Origin: Macrostomum lignano
Lineage: Eukaryota
Assembly (NCBI GenBank): GCA_002269645.1
Contig: NIVC01000280.1
Span: forward strand, 1-64,000
Direction of reading: 5' to 3'
Length of the DNA: 64,000 bases
Shown here: piece by piece, positions 1-24,386 of the stretch
How the letters are laid out: every line of letters begins with the position of its first letter
Numbering within the stretch: the first letter of the stretch is position 1
The notes under the pieces: model-generated
Seen by the model: only the letters and a program-made list of their open reading frames with translations
Database searches by the model: none
What the model was told of the DNA's origin: nothing
Translations under genes and position numbers: made by a program

Positions 1-2400
1 GTAAATTGTGTAAATTGGTGAGGACAATATGGGAAACAGATTTCTGGTAATTAACAGTTAAGTAATTAATTAATTAATTGTGAAACACGGATTTCGATTC
101 AAAAGAGTAAGGGAATTATCTTTGCTGAGGGCAAACAGGTTGCGTCAAAAGTACAGCAGCAAAATGCCTGGCTCTTGGCCTGAAGCCTCGCAGTTTACGA
201 ACTAGTTGCAGAGATCAGGTTCATGAAGCCTTCTGTAAATTTTTTACGTTCCCTTTGATCTCGAGTTTCTGCCCGAGAGAGATCTGACTTTATTGCTTTT
301 CTGCCTCGCTGCACTGATGCGCTGAGGCTACTCACGCTGTCCGTTGCATCGTCGCGATGATGTTTTCCAGAAGGTGTTCTGCGGAGCCACCAGGCCTCGT
401 CGAGAGCCCGACATTTTGAGCGCTACAGGAGGGACTTCGAGATCGAGATCGAGGCGGCTTGAGACTCAATGATCGGTCATCTGTGGCTGTCTAGCAGGCA
501 TTGTCAGGGCTGCGACAGAGCGGCTCATGAGCAGCAGGTGGAGACGAGCAGCAGTGCACCGGGGTGGGGGGGGGGGCAATTAATTTTACCTGGCAAGGGC
601 TAGACAGAAAAATAGCGTTCCTTCTCACTTTCACTGCCTGTTTTATTTTCTGCCTCTGTCTCTCTCAAACCTTTGCCCTCGGTCCGTGCCAAGCCGGCTC
701 GTGATTGGCAATAGCGAGTCTGTCTGCACGGCAACTACAACGGTAACAGAGATAGAAGGGAAGAAGGGATAGGGAAACGGAGAGGAAGGCTTTGAGGACA
801 GAAATACAAAGGGGGAAACGGAGGCGGGGGGGTACAAGAGGACGACTGGAACGAATGGCAGGATGGAGGATGCGAGAGGCTGGTCGGGTGAGGCTGAGTC
901 TGCCCGCTCATGGCAAAGCCGCTGAGGGCTTGGCAGCCTCCTTAAAGATGTCGGGCCGCCATTATCGCCAAGAGCGAGAGGAGCAGTATGCTTGGATTCT
1001 GAGAACTCTTGCGGGGGGTGGAGGTTGGGCCGGCTGCGTGGTAGGAAACACTGTAGCCATGACAACACGGCGAATCAATGAGGAAGGGAGTGCGTTGTTT
1101 GGGCTTGGCTGCGAGGCGTGGCTCCATGCCGTGTGTTCAGTTGGGAAGAGACGGGGCGACGGGACAGAGATGGAGTGGATTGCGGGACACAATAAAGCAT
1201 TGTGAGACCTTGGAAGACTTTGTGATGCAGGGATCAAGTAGACGCACTGCAGTGGGAGAGAAGGCACAATATATGAGAGACGGGTGACTCTCCGGCTCAG
1301 AGTAGAAAAAAGTGGCCAAAAGAAACCAGGCCCACCCCATGGACCTCACTGCCCGTTGATGTAGTTGGCAAGCCAGCGGAGTCCCTGGCAACGGCTCTCT
1401 ATCCTTCTCTTTCTGTAAGCAAGACCCTGCTTTTAGTAGATAACTGGCAAAGGGCCAATCAAAATTATTGATCCATAGCAAAGCAGAGGCTTAGTGAGAG
1501 GCGAAACTCATCTAATCCAAAATTGGAGCCGCGGCTAAAGGTGTGCAAATGGAGGCAAAATAAGCTTTGAGAACTGCTGTTTGCGCGCGCTGAGCGGCTG
1601 AATACAGCGGACGCCGGTGCATCCATTATGCACAGTCGGGGCTCGCTAGGCTGTGGGGAGCCAGCAATCATTGCCTGATGTCTCTCTCCAGACCTGCTTC
1701 TCTCCACCCGCCCCACCTTCGCCCCCCCCACTCTGTCAATTTAGCTTGAGGCCAAAGCGTGTATTGTGCTGCCTTGGTTACTTCCCAAAGCGTCCCCCCA
1801 CAATCTCCCTTAGCTTCCCCTCTTCTCTCTCTCTCGCGCACTTTTTCTCTTCATGCCTTCGACAAATATTCCAGAAAAAGTTGGGAACCAAAAAGCTGCT
1901 TTCGCCAGGCAGATCCAGCCTAACCTGTCTTGGAGCTCTGGTGGCAGAGGGGCTGAGCAGACTGCAGCTATTCCCTTGAGAGGCTCGCGCGTCTGCTTGG
2001 GGAGGTAATTTCTTTGAGAATCTCAATGCACTTTTTGCTAATAGGTACTGCGTTTTTCTCAAGTGTCTGAATTCTCATTTTTACGTTTTCAGCTGCGTGA
2101 GCGACAGCCGTTTGGTGATTGAACGAGTGTCCTAAAAGCACGAGAAAGTAAAGTTGGTCTTCACAAAACTGAAATTTTATTTACTTTACAAAGCTTACGT
2201 TAAATAACAATCAAGAACACTGTACAGCTTATTAATCAAAAAAGGTTCACTACACGGACTAATGTTAATTTAATCCAAAAAAGCAATTCAAATGGCGCAA
2301 AAATGCGTAGTACTTTCATCCCAGATAATATCTGTAATTCGAAATTGCTAGCTGGCTACCTCGGATCCGTAATTCTTAGTCTGTTGTCGACTCAGATCTT

Positions 2401-2658
2401 CTTGTAGTCCTTAGACGGCTGTGGACACGGATCTGTAGTCCTTAGACGGCTGTGGACACGGATCTGTAGTCCTTAGACGGCTGTGGACACGGATCTGTAG
2501 TCATTAGACGGCTGTGGACACGGATCTGTAGTCCTTAGACGGCTGTGGACACGGATCTGTAGTCCTTAGACGGCTGTGGACACGGATCTGTAGTCATTAG
2601 ACGGCTGTGGACACGGATCTGTAGTCCTTAGACGGCTGTGGACACGGATCTGTAGTCC

Positions 2659-2680
<22 letters not shown>
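2401..2680. repeat. 31-bp tandem repeat (~9 copies) overlapping the KIF26-like stop codon
   Basis: Unit ggatctgtagtccttagacggctgtggacac; the distal copy supplies the last codons and the TAA of the minus-strand CDS. Confidence 0.95.
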
Positions 2681-12803
<10,123 letters not shown>

Positions 12804-13935
12804 GGAGACGCCCCTTTTTCTTAGTCAGCACCTGCACACACGGGCAAGCGCTGCTGATAATATCTGAAGCAGGCCTGACAGAGCGCGGTAGCAGCAGCCA
12901 ATGAAAATGGAGCTAAAAACTCTTCCGGGTTCCGGCATGCGCCAGAGGCATCATAAAGTTTAAACCTATTTATTAACTGCATACGACGCAATGCGCAACT
13001 CCTAGCACGCCAGTATTTCCAGGAACCCTAATTACGAGTAGTTCTTCGCTCATAAGGGCCACCTAAATTGGCTGCGGATTGAGCTTTGATTTGCCGCTAA
13101 AAATAATAACAGCTTTTTCACAAACCAGCAGATTCCGGATCCTTGTATCAGGAAATGACGGAACGATAATAGGACGAAGAGCCAGCGCTAAACAGTCTCA
13201 GATTTCTATTTTTTGTCGAAATAGAGTAGTTGTCGTGACAGGACCTCTGGTGCAAAGACAACCAAATCCCCTTGGATCAACATCTATTTATACATAATGA
13301 CCCTATATCTAAAATTATCCAGCTCAATGCAATACTTACAATTGCTGATCCAAGGGTGACACAAAAATCCCACTTAGATCAACATCATTTTTGTCTTTTT
13401 TTGTCTGGGTGTCAGATTCGCGAAATCAATGAAAAATATTTTTGAAGACAGTTTGAATTTGTGTTTTTTTTGAAGTGTAGTGTTGGTGAATGTGTTGAAG
13501 AGTCAATCTTGGGTGTCTCGTGGAGGGATACTGGAGGGGGTTGGGAGCTTAAAAAATGACCATAAACCCACCAAAACCCATCTACCATTACTCCATACTA
13601 ATTAAATTAGTGGGTTTTGAGTGCCTGATTAACATTAGCCGAGTGCGTGCTCATACAGGTTGAAAGTTAAGTGGGAATTTTGTTGTCCCAGAGGGCGGGG
13701 TGCTTGTCTATGTATCGCACTTAGATTAGCAGTCGTAATTATTGCGTTAAGGTGGCTAATTTTGGATTTAAGAGCATTACATGCTAATAGATTTCAGCAG
13801 ATTTTGATCGAAGGGAATTTGGTTGTCTTCGCATCAGAAGTCCCTGTTATGACAACTACAGAAAAGTCAATCAAAAGGGCTGGACAAAGTGAAAGACAGG
13901 CGGGCGAGTCTGCTTTGGTTGAGCTGGCTGCACAG

Positions 13936-14173
13936 TCACGGGTTTCTGTCGCTTGAGTCGCACCGGTCAGAGGGGGGCGGGCCGGTCACACCAGCCGCCG
14001 CCTCGGACTCCTCCTGCTCAGCGTACATCCGCCTCAGGCCGGCAATTCGGGCTTCCCTCTCCGCCTGGTAGGCGGACATCCGCGAGTTCACGAGCCCGTA
14101 GGCCGGGTAGACCGCCGCCGCCGCAGCCGCCGCCGTGGAGCCGCCGCCACCGCCTCCGCCGCCGCCGACGCCG

Positions 14174-14204
<31 letters not shown>

Positions 14205-15541
14205 CTCTCCCGGAGCGGCCGACGCGCAGGCTGTCCACCTTGTGCAGGAAGCGCGCCACAGCGAGGCACCAGCAGGCCAGGGCCAGGCAGAACAGGACGG
14301 CATCGATGACTGTCCAGCGAGGCGGCTCCTCTTCGCTGGCTGTTTCGCCTGTAAAAAAGGGACATCGCGCGCGTGATCGAACTGTTCTACTTACAGTAGA
14401 AAAATTGGGATATTGAAATTTGAAAAATGGCGCCCATTTTTATCAACAGCACGTGACGCCTGTTATCTTGATCGCGCTGACCCCCTCCCCGGCTTTTTGT
14501 CTATAGAGATTTTTGGACGATAATTCTGCTGGCGCCTCCGACTAATCACTTCGCAGGTGAATGGGGTGGATTCCCATTATCCAAAAACAAGGTAGCCAAG
14601 TCACTCTCCTCGTCACTGTTCTAGTCACCCTTCTAGTCACTGTTATAGTCACTCTTCTAGTCACTCTTCTAGTCACTATTCTAGTCACTCTCCTCGTCAC
14701 TGTTCTAGTCACTCTTCTAGTCACTCTTCTAGTCACTCTTCTAGGGGCACTGAAATTCATCTTTCCCCAATGGCGGCTCTCGCGAGCGCCCACTTTTGAC
14801 TGGCTGTGGCGTAAGCGCGCTTACAAGAACAACCCGAGAACCTTCAAAATCAAATCCTTTGAGAACTTCGATACGATAAAAATTGAGATATTTTGGTAGG
14901 GGTCTGGGATTCTGAGATTCCTCAGCAACAAGAAACTTGCAGAGAGCGGAACCTGCTGCTTGGCCCAGCCAGAATTTCCGCTGCACTAATAAAAAAATCT
15001 GGTAGCCCAAGAGAATTGGCGAAAGCCTTTCAGACCGTTGCACCTCACTTACACCCCAGCCTGGTTACTTGGGAACTTCAAGGATTTACGTTAAAGACAA
15101 GAGCGAGAGCGAGGGAGTGGCGGCCGAAGCCGGGCCGGGGCGCGGCGGGGGTTCCCGGAACAGATTCCCGCGGCCAAAGTCCTTCGCGAATAAAAGCCCC
15201 CATAGATCAGTGCCAGACGGGCTGCCCTTCGGGTATCATCGCCCCTGGCCTTCTGTTCCACTGCAAAGCATCGCCAGCCTCCAGTTTGAACAATGCTGCG
15301 ATGCGGCAGCGTTCGATGTGGCGAACTTTTCATCGAATTCGGCGGGAAGAAGAGGCCCCGGGCTGGCGCAGAAATGCCAGTCTGACTCTGGCGGCGACCC
15401 CCAACCGCTATCGGGTTGGGTTGCTACCCGGATTCCCCCCAGCCCAGCTCTCTTACTGTGCGAATACTCACTCGAATTCGATTCAAACGATTCGCCGATT
15501 CCGCCGTGAGCAGCGATAGCCAGGTGAGCTGGTGGCGGCAT
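13936..15541 (-). CDS. Small single-pass membrane protein (~160 aa) with a poly-Gly tract; TM region resembles the FNDC4/5-type TM motif
   Basis: Exon 15541-15472 (ATG CCG..TCG A|gtgagt) splices in phase 1 to 14348-13936 (ttttttacag|GC). Product MPPPAHLA..EEEPPRWTVIDAVLFCLALACWCLAVARFLHKVDSLRV..G-rich..YGLVNSRMSAYQAEREARIAGLRRMYAEQEE. The frame is also open upstream to an acceptor near 15630, so the N-terminus is uncertain. Confidence 0.6.
14598..14743. repeat. 12-bp tandem repeat
   Basis: Unit tctagtcactct with variants. Confidence 0.9.
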
Positions 15542-16099
15542 TTCATACAGCACCGTTGCTTCTGGCAGTTTCTGCTTTCGCAGCTGTCTTCTTCTTTTCT
15601 GCTGCTTCTTGGGAGGGGCTTTAGAAATGCTGGTTGAAAGGAACTCTCTCAGACCAGGGCGAGCCGCTCCTCAGCATCCGTTTGATTGGCTGCGAACTCG
15701 CTGCCGTCACTTGTCGAGTAAAATAAGCACTGCCGGGCGGGTGAGACTACTCATGCTAGTAGAGAGGCGGAGTTTTACGCCAGAGCCTACCGCGCCGCCT
15801 GCAATTTATCAGCTGTGCTTGGGTTTGTCAGCTAACTATTCTAAACACGAACGAGCAAAGACTCAGACCCCAATTTGCATATGCAGATTTTGTTCAGCCC
15901 GACTCGATGACAGCGGGCGGGCATTGCGGAGCTGAAGACATCCTAGGATGGGGAAGAGCTTGTTTTTCATGCTGAACTGCTCTGGACTGGGAGATTAGAA
16001 GGCTGGTGTGGTTGGCGGGATTCAGACAGAATTGAGTCAGTGGGGGGGCGTCATTTGAGGGAGTAGAATTATGAGAGGAGGGTGAAAACAGAGAGAATA

Positions 16100-16672
16100 G
16101 GGCAGGCGACGGAGGGTAGGAGACGGAGGGTAGGAGGGTAGGAGACGGAGGGTAAGAGGGTAGTAGAGGGAGGGTAGGAGGGTAGGAGACGGAGGGTAGG
16201 AGACGGAGGGTAGGAGGGTAGTAGACGGAGTGTAGGAGGGTAGTAGACGGAGGGTAGGCGGAGGGTAGGGGATGGAGGGTAGGAGACGGAGGGTAGGAGA
16301 CGGAGGGTAGGAGACGGGGGGTAGGAGACGGGGGGTAGGAGGGTAGGAGACGGAGGGTAGGAGACGGGGGGTAGGAGACGGAGGGTCGGAGGGTAGGAGA
16401 CGGAGGGTAGGAGGGTAGGAGACGGGGGTAGGAGACGGAGGGTAGGAGACGGAGGGTCGGAGGGTAGGAGACGGAGGGTAGGAGGGTAGGAGACGGGGGT
16501 AGGAGACGGAGGGTAGGAGACGGGGGGTAGGAGACGGAGGGTAGGAGACGGGGGGTAGGAGACGGTGGGTAGGAGACGGGGGGTAGGAGACGGAGGGTAG
16601 GAGACGGGGGGTAGGAGACGGAGGGTAGGAGACGGGGGGTAGGAGACGGAGGGTAGGAGGGTAAAAGACGGA
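16100..16672. repeat. 14-bp purine-rich minisatellite
   Basis: Unit ggagggtaggagac with variants. Confidence 0.95.
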
Positions 16673-17484
16673 GAGTGCAATTTACAACCAGAGGGAACAT
16701 GAGGGTGGCTGAGGGGGTGAGCAGAGAGGGGAAGAGCTGGCCGAGAGCTGAGACACAGCAGGCCAAGAGGGAGATGAAGGACTCAATGTAGACGCATTAA
16801 TTGACCCCGGGGTCAGTCTGGGGATAAATGCAGCCTTGGCCCTGAAACAATCCCCAGGGGAGAGCCCTGAGCCGAGTTGCCTGTGAAAGCAGAAAAATGC
16901 GGGGCACATTTCTCAACTAGCCCGGCGGAGCACGGCGGAGCTCACTCTATTTTTATTGCTAGCCGGGTCCGGGGAGGTCAGGCGGGCAGTTCAAAGCGGC
17001 GAGATGAAGCAAAAGTTGAGGCAACCGGAGCGGGCGGGGCGGCAACCGGATCAGCGCCAGCAGCAGCCTCAAGACAGCTTGGATGCCCCGGACACTGCAG
17101 CCGCAATCGACGCCTTAGTTGCTCGGCGGGTGTCCGCGGCGTTGCAGCTGCCGCAAGATCCGGCCGCGGTGGCAATTTGGCGCCGAGAGGCTGAGCGGCT
17201 GCATCATCTACACCACGAGCATCACCAGTTTCACGGGCACAGCGTGGTTCGATCACTGTCTCTGGCGCATGGCGCTGGCTGGCTGCGGCCGGCCTGGGCT
17301 GTGGATTCTCGCTGAACCCAGCTATACCTTGGGTGCTGCATTTATTCTTTAAGTGTTGTGAGACTGCTATTATGAGACTCTGACTCGAAGTTAGAGAATT
17401 AAAATTCCATCAACCCACTCGGGGGTTAGAAAATTAGAGACGGAAATATTCTGCTTAAGGGAGACAGTTAGAATAAAGTAATGG

Positions 17485-17860
17485 TGCGCTAGCCAATCAG
17501 CGGGCCGCAGTGGGTTCTTGGGGATAGATAAGGATAGATAGCTACGGGGGGTAGGGAAGGGGGTGGTGGCCGGTGGGCTAGCCAATCAGCGGGCCGCAGT
17601 GGGTTCTTGGGGATAGATAAGGATAGATAGCTACGGGGGGGGGGTAGGGAAGGGGGTGGTGGCCGGTGCGCTAGCCAATCAGCGGGCCGCAGTGGGTTCT
17701 TGGGGGTAGATAAGGATAGATAGCTACGGGGGGTAGGGAAGGGGGTGGTGGCCGGTGCGCTAGCCAGTCAGCGAGCAGCAGTGTGTTCTTGGGGATAGAT
17801 AACGATAGATAGCTACAGGCGCACAAATGGGGGTGGTGCGCTAGCCAATCAACGAGCGTA
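17485..17860. repeat. ~89-bp tandem repeat (4-5 copies) with a CCAAT box and G-runs
   Basis: tagccaatc recurs at ~17490, 17579, 17672 and 17842 (variant tagccagtc at 17761); each full unit contains ggggggtagggaagggggtggtgg. Confidence 0.9.
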
Positions 17861-18395
17861 TCGTGGCTAATTTATTGTAGAAAAAATGGACAAATCGAGT
17901 CAATTATGGTACTGCAAGCTATATTAGATGGGGAATTCAGCATTGTATGGCCAAGTCATTCGGTAGAAGACGATTATTTCAATTGGAAGTCTACGCATTC
18001 CCAGAAATTCAATCAATTGCTAAATCAATTAATGAGCCCGGGCTTCTCAAGGTCGATTCTCCTCTCCCTTTGCGTCCAAAAAATAATAAAATCCCAAGAA
18101 ATACTGCATGGAAGGAATTAGGCTGAGAAGGCTGAAATCCCTAATTATATCTGGCAGAACTGACTTCGGCAGTGACAGCCATTCAGCGTGCCGGACTGCC
18201 TGGATGCTTTGAGTTCGCGAATTTCATTTCTTCTTGTTTCTGTCTGCTGTTGTGCATGCAATGCACGCTTCCTCACGTTACAAGAGGCCAGTTCAGCTGA
18301 TCAAATCCAACAGATTTCATGAGCTTTTTCATTTTCTTAATGCGCTTGCGCCTGCGCGTAAACAATTTTAATGCCAGCTTGTGTTACAGTGCAGC

Positions 18396-19229
<834 letters not shown>

Positions 19230-19477
19230 CACAATCATGAATCCCCAAAGCGTGCGGTTCAGGTCATCCCGGCAGCCGAAGGTGTCTGGGGGCTTTAAAT
19301 AATGGATGCGCTGCAGGGCAGACAGGGCCATAACCCGGTGTTAATCTCTGCACCGAAATTGGCTTAGGGGGGAAATTAAATAATTTATGCGAAATATGAG
19401 CCTCGCCTTGAAATCTTGACAATGATGCTCTTCAGCTGCAAAGAACCCAAAAAACTTTTCTCTGTAAAGATCTGTAA

Positions 19478-19890
19478 ACACCTGACACTTGATACCTGAC
19501 ACCTGACATCTGACACCTGACATCTGACACCTGACACCTGACATCTGACACCTGATACCTGACACCTGACATCTGACACCTGACATTTGACAACTGACAC
19601 CTGACATTTGACACCTGAAATCTGACACCTGATACCTGACACCTGACATCTGACACCTGACATCTGACACCTGACATTTGACAACTGACACCTGACATTT
19701 GACACCTGACATTTGACACCTGATACCTGACACCTGACATCTGACATCTGACACCTGACATCTGACACCTGACACCTGACACCTGACACCTGACACCTGA
19801 CATCTGACACCTGACACTTGACACCTGACACCTGACATCTGACATCTGACATCTGACACCTGACACCTGACATCTAACATCTGACACCTG
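19478..19890. repeat. 7-bp minisatellite (acacctg/acatctg)
   Basis: Direct inspection. Confidence 0.95.
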
Positions 19891-20420
19891 ACTGGGCAAG
19901 TGGAGCATTCCAGTTTTTACAAGCAGACGCAAAAAGGAAGATACTGTATACAATGAAATATCAAATTCAATTCAACACATTGAGTAATCTGCTGTGGCAA
20001 AACAGGATTCATAATTAAATCGTTGCAGCTGTCAGATTTTTATTTCCTAATATCTTGTCTGATACTCGACTCAAATTTCCGTAAAAATGTGCAGATTTAT
20101 ACAAAATATTTCAAATAAGAAGCCAGAGATTTGAGTAATAAAAGTCCTTCAATTCGGAATTTCAGCTGAAAAGTACTTTCTAAGGGCAAAAGTACAAAAC
20201 AACTTTCACATTACAAGCAAATCTTCGCGTCTGAACTAAACAGCACGCGAAGCCCTGTCTCGGTCCCGTCAGGAAGTTTTAAAAAGTTCATTCTGAAGCG
20301 AGCACAAATTCGAACGTAAAACGCTGTGCATGCTACTGCAACTTATCTATAAGTAGAGTAGTTTGATGAGTCGCATAAAAAATTTAAATAAGAAAAGAGA
20401 TTCTTTCTGGCAGTCAAGAT

Positions 20421-23400
20421 TTAATCTACAAAGCGCACCGTCTCCAGACTCCGGAGCGCCTCATCAAGCGGCTTAGCAACCGCCGGCGTCTTCAAGAATC
20501 GCTTGCGCACCGTGTTGACCAGTTCGATCATCTGGTTGATGTCGATGACGCTCTTGACCAGCTCCGGGTACATGCACAGCTCGCGCAGCAGGCTGGCCAC
20601 GGCCTCGGCCACCTCAACATTGTCCCGGTGCACGTGGAAGGCCGCCGCCAGGACTGGCAGGCCGGCCAGGCCTTCGCCAGCCGCTTCAACTGACTCGCAG
20701 TCCAGCACCGTCAGGCCGCACTCTTCGTCTGCCTCGACGTAGCTGGCCAGGGCCAGGGCGGCGTTGCGCACCACCTGGAGTGACAGTGGAGTAAATTGTA
20801 GTGACATTATAGTGCGAGTAGAGTGACGGTAGAGAGGAGGGGACAGCAAATGACAGCAAATGACAGTAGATGGCGGTAGAGTGACATAAGAGTGACAGTA
20901 GATGGCAGTAGAGTGACAGTAGAGTGACAGTAGAGTGACAGTAGAGTGACAGTAGATGGCAGCAGAGTGACAGCAGTGACAGTAGGTGACGGCAGTAGAG
21001 TGATTGCAGAGTGACAGTAGGTGATGGCAGTAGAGTGACAGCAGAGTAATAGTGGGTGACGGCAGTAGAGTGAGAGCAGAGTGACAGTAGTTGACGGCAG
21101 AGTGACAGTTGATGGCGGCAGAGTGACAGTAGATGGCGGTAGAGTGACATAAGAGTAACAGTAGATGGCAGTAGAAGACAGTAGAGTGACGGTAGATGGC
21201 AGTAGAGTGACTGCAGAGTGACAGTAGGTGATGGCAGTAGAGTGACAGCAGAGTGACAGTAGGTGACGGCAGTAGAGTGACAGCAGAGTGACAGTAGGTG
21301 ACGGCAGTAGAGTGACAGCAGAGTGACAGTAGTTGACGGCAGTAGAGTGACAGCAGAGTGACAGTAGTTGACGGCAGGGTGACAGTTGATGGCGGCAGAG
21401 TGACAGTAGATGGCAGTATAGTGACATTAGAGTGACAGTAGATGGCATTAGTGACAGTAGATGGCAGTAGTGTGACATTAGAGTGACAGTAGATGGCAGT
21501 AGAGTGACAGTGGAGTGACAGGTGCGGCAGACCTTAGTGAACCGCTGGTGCCTGGCCAGGGCCCGCAGCAGCAGCTCGACCACCGCGTGCTCCCCGGCCC
21601 GCTGCACAGCACTGGGCGACATGCTGAATGCCAGCAGCAGGGCGGCTCCGTGCTCCTGAGCTTCGGGCGAGTCGCCGAACGCCTTCATCGCCCGCGTCAC
21701 CAGCAGGAGGCCGTCGCGTTCCAAGCAGCGCCGAGCGTTTGGCGCGTAGGCGCAGAGCGACCACAGCGCGTTGGCGGCCAGCGCGAACAGGTCTGCGTCG
21801 TCCGGGGCGGCGGCGACGGCCGACAGCAGAGCGTCGATGCCGCCGGATTCGCCGACCAGCTGGGAACAGCGACGGTCAGCGGCGAAGGCCATCAGGAGGG
21901 CGGCGGCCGAGCGGAGCAGCCCGGAGCAGTAGGGGTGCTGCGACATCGCCAGCAGCACGCAGTCCACGGATTCGCGCAAGTACAGCGGCCCGCCAGGGCT
22001 GGCTCGAATGGCGAGGTTGCCGAGCAGGCAGCAGTAGGCCGTGCACACCTGAGAGGGGCGGTGGTATTTCCAAAGTAGGCTAGTCTGGTCGAGGGTATTC
22101 CCCAATTAGACTAGTCTGGTCGAGGGAATTCCCAAATTAGGCTAGTCTGGTCGAGGGTATTCTCCAATTAGACTAGTCTGGCCGAGGGTATTCCCCAATT
22201 AGACTAGTCTGGTCGAGGGTATTCCCCAATTAGACTAGTCTGGCCGAGGGTATTCCCCAATTAGACTAGTCTGGCCGAGGGTATTCCCCAATTAGACTAG
22301 TCTGGCCGAGGGTATTCCCCAATTAGACTAGTCTGGCCGAGGGTATTCCCCAATTAGACTAGTGTGGTCGAGGGAATTCCCCAACTAGGCTAGTCTGGTC
22401 GAGGGAATTCCCAAATTAGGCTAGTCTGGTCGAGGGAATTCCTGAAGTAGGCTAGTCTTGTCGAGGGAATTCCTGAAGTAGGCTAGTCTTGTCGAGGGAA
22501 TTCCTGAAGTAGTCTAATCTGGTCGAGGGAATTCCTGAAGTAGTCTAATCTGGTCGAGGGAATTCCTGAAGTAGTCTAGTCTGGTCGAGGGAATTCCTGA
22601 AGTAGTCTAGTCTGGTCGGGGGAATCCCCAATTAACCTATTCTGGCCGAAGGAATTCCCCGAGTAGGCTAGTCTGATCGAGTATTCGCGGCAGGCTCACC
22701 TCTTCGCTAGCCAGGTGAGAGCGCAGTCCCTGATGCAGTGTGCACAGCTGCTCAGCGGTGAGGCTGCCGGCAGAGCGCAGCTGGGTGCACAGCTCTTCAA
22801 GGGCTTCGCGGAAGCAGTTCTCATTGTTGAGCTCGCGGTCAACGTACTCAAGCAACGGCTCGAGGCCGGAGTCGCGAGGAATCGGCCGGTCTTTAGTTGT
22901 GACCTGGAAAATTTGGTGCCGGGAAGTGTCAGATGATTGGGGTACTCGTAATTTTAAGGCGAACAAAAACTGTTAAAGCTGAGGACCGTTCGCACCTGCT
23001 GCTTTCGCCGCCTGTCGGCCATGGCGGAGCCCGCAAGGTTGAGGCAGTCGCGAGCCAGCGGCGTCTCCAGCAGAGCGGCCATGGTCGGCCGGTCAGTCGG
23101 ACGGACGGCCAGCAGGCCGAGGACGGCAGCCCGGAGCTCCGGCGAGTACACGGACTCGACCGGGGCGAGCGCCTCCTGGAGGATGCGCGATGCGGCGGCA
23201 GCGGAGGCGTCTTCAGCGGAGTCCGACTCGGAGGACTTGTAGCGGAGCAGAGTTTGGCCGAGGCTCTGCCAGGACTGCTCGGTGCAGAGCATGAGGTTCA
23301 GCAGGACGCAGCCCAGGCCCCACATGTCCGCCGCCTGGGTGTAGGTTGCGGGCCGGCCAGCCTGTCGGCAGAGAAGGACGCGAGTTGAGCCAGCCAATCA

Positions 23401-24221
23401 GATGGGAGTTTCAGATGTGTGTACAGTCATAGTATCCATTCCATCAAAATCAGTGAGGTGGCCGCAGGCCAAAATCCAGTTTATTAATTTTGAATTTAAG
23501 GGGGGCGGGACTGAAGTAGGTGATGCTAGGACCAATCAGAAGCCAGAGAGAAGGAGAGATAAGAAATCGCAGTGAGCAAGAACGAGATTGAACTAGACAA
23601 GTCAAGAGACAACGGCAGATTAACTTAAGGAGGTTAATAATGTAAAATAATAATCGAAGATCTCAAAAAACGCACCTGAACTTCTGGTGCCGTGGCGTCC
23701 ATGATGGCCTTGTCAGTGCGCGTGTTGGTCTGGTGATCGGCCATCAGGGTGGCTACGCAGAAGTCGCCCACAGAGATGCTCAGATCGTCTCTCAGGAAAA
23801 TGTTGGACGCTCGAATATCGCCGTGGCAGAGGCCTCTGCCGTGAATGTAGGCGAGAAACTCCAGCGTCTGGCCGAACCATTTCCGCACGATCTCCTCGTC
23901 CAGCGGTTTTTTGTCCTTGAGCTTGCGGCTGGTGATGCTCTCCAGGCTGCCATTGGGAAAGTGGTCCATAACGAAGCAGACGTAGACGGAGGAATGGTCG
24001 GCGTTCCAGTCCACGAAGATCTCGCGGTAGGGCGCAGCGAACGGGTGCCGGATACTCGTCAGCCGGAGCGACTCCTTGAAGGCTTTGTTGGCGGAGCTCT
24101 CGTCGTGGCATTCAACTCGCTTGAGGGCGTAGCGAAGGCGATCGGCCGTGGCGGCCTCCACCAGCAGCACGGCGCCCAGAGGCCCCGAACCGAGCTGCTT
24201 CACTACCAAGTAGTTTTCCAT
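20421..24221 (-). CDS. STKLD1: STKLD1/SgK071-like protein: N-terminal kinase domain plus C-terminal armadillo-like repeats
   Basis: Exons 24221-23676, 23361-22996, 22903-22700, 22048-21533, 20774-20421, all with phase-0 GT-AG boundaries. MENYLVVKQLGSGPLGAVLLV..ALKRVECHD..IFVDWNADHSSVYVCFVMD matches the STKLD1 N-terminus (MEKYQVL..KQVEC..LFITWN..SLYLCLVME). Also HGDIRASN, DFC, APE, ADMWGLGC and helical ARM-like exons 4-5. Confidence 0.85.
20790..21520. repeat. Degenerate ~10-bp minisatellite (agagtgacagt) filling STKLD1 intron 4
   Basis: Direct inspection; intron at 20775-21532. Confidence 0.92.
22070..22685. repeat. 31-bp minisatellite filling STKLD1 intron 3
   Basis: Unit ctagtctggtcgagggtattccccaattaga, with a sequence gradient along the array. 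Confidence 0.95.
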
Positions 24222-24386
24222 TGATCAGCTGAAATCCCCGACAGGGAGGGGTGGGAAAATACAGACATGACAGCCCATTCTCAGGCGTATAGATAGCACT
24301 TTGGAATGGATAGCAGGCAGCGAGCATCGTTGCGTAGCTTTTAGCCAAATAAAGAAGCTTGTGCCTTCGATACACTCACCGAATTC

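Noticed and set aside
350-452. Possible last exon of a plus-strand gene (..ARHFERYRRDFEIEIEAA*)
   Set aside because: Only an acceptor-like site and a short frame; no homology recognised.
643-2100. Short ORFs possibly from a decayed retroelement or tyrosine recombinase
   Set aside because: No convincing RT, RNase H or YR motif could be assembled.
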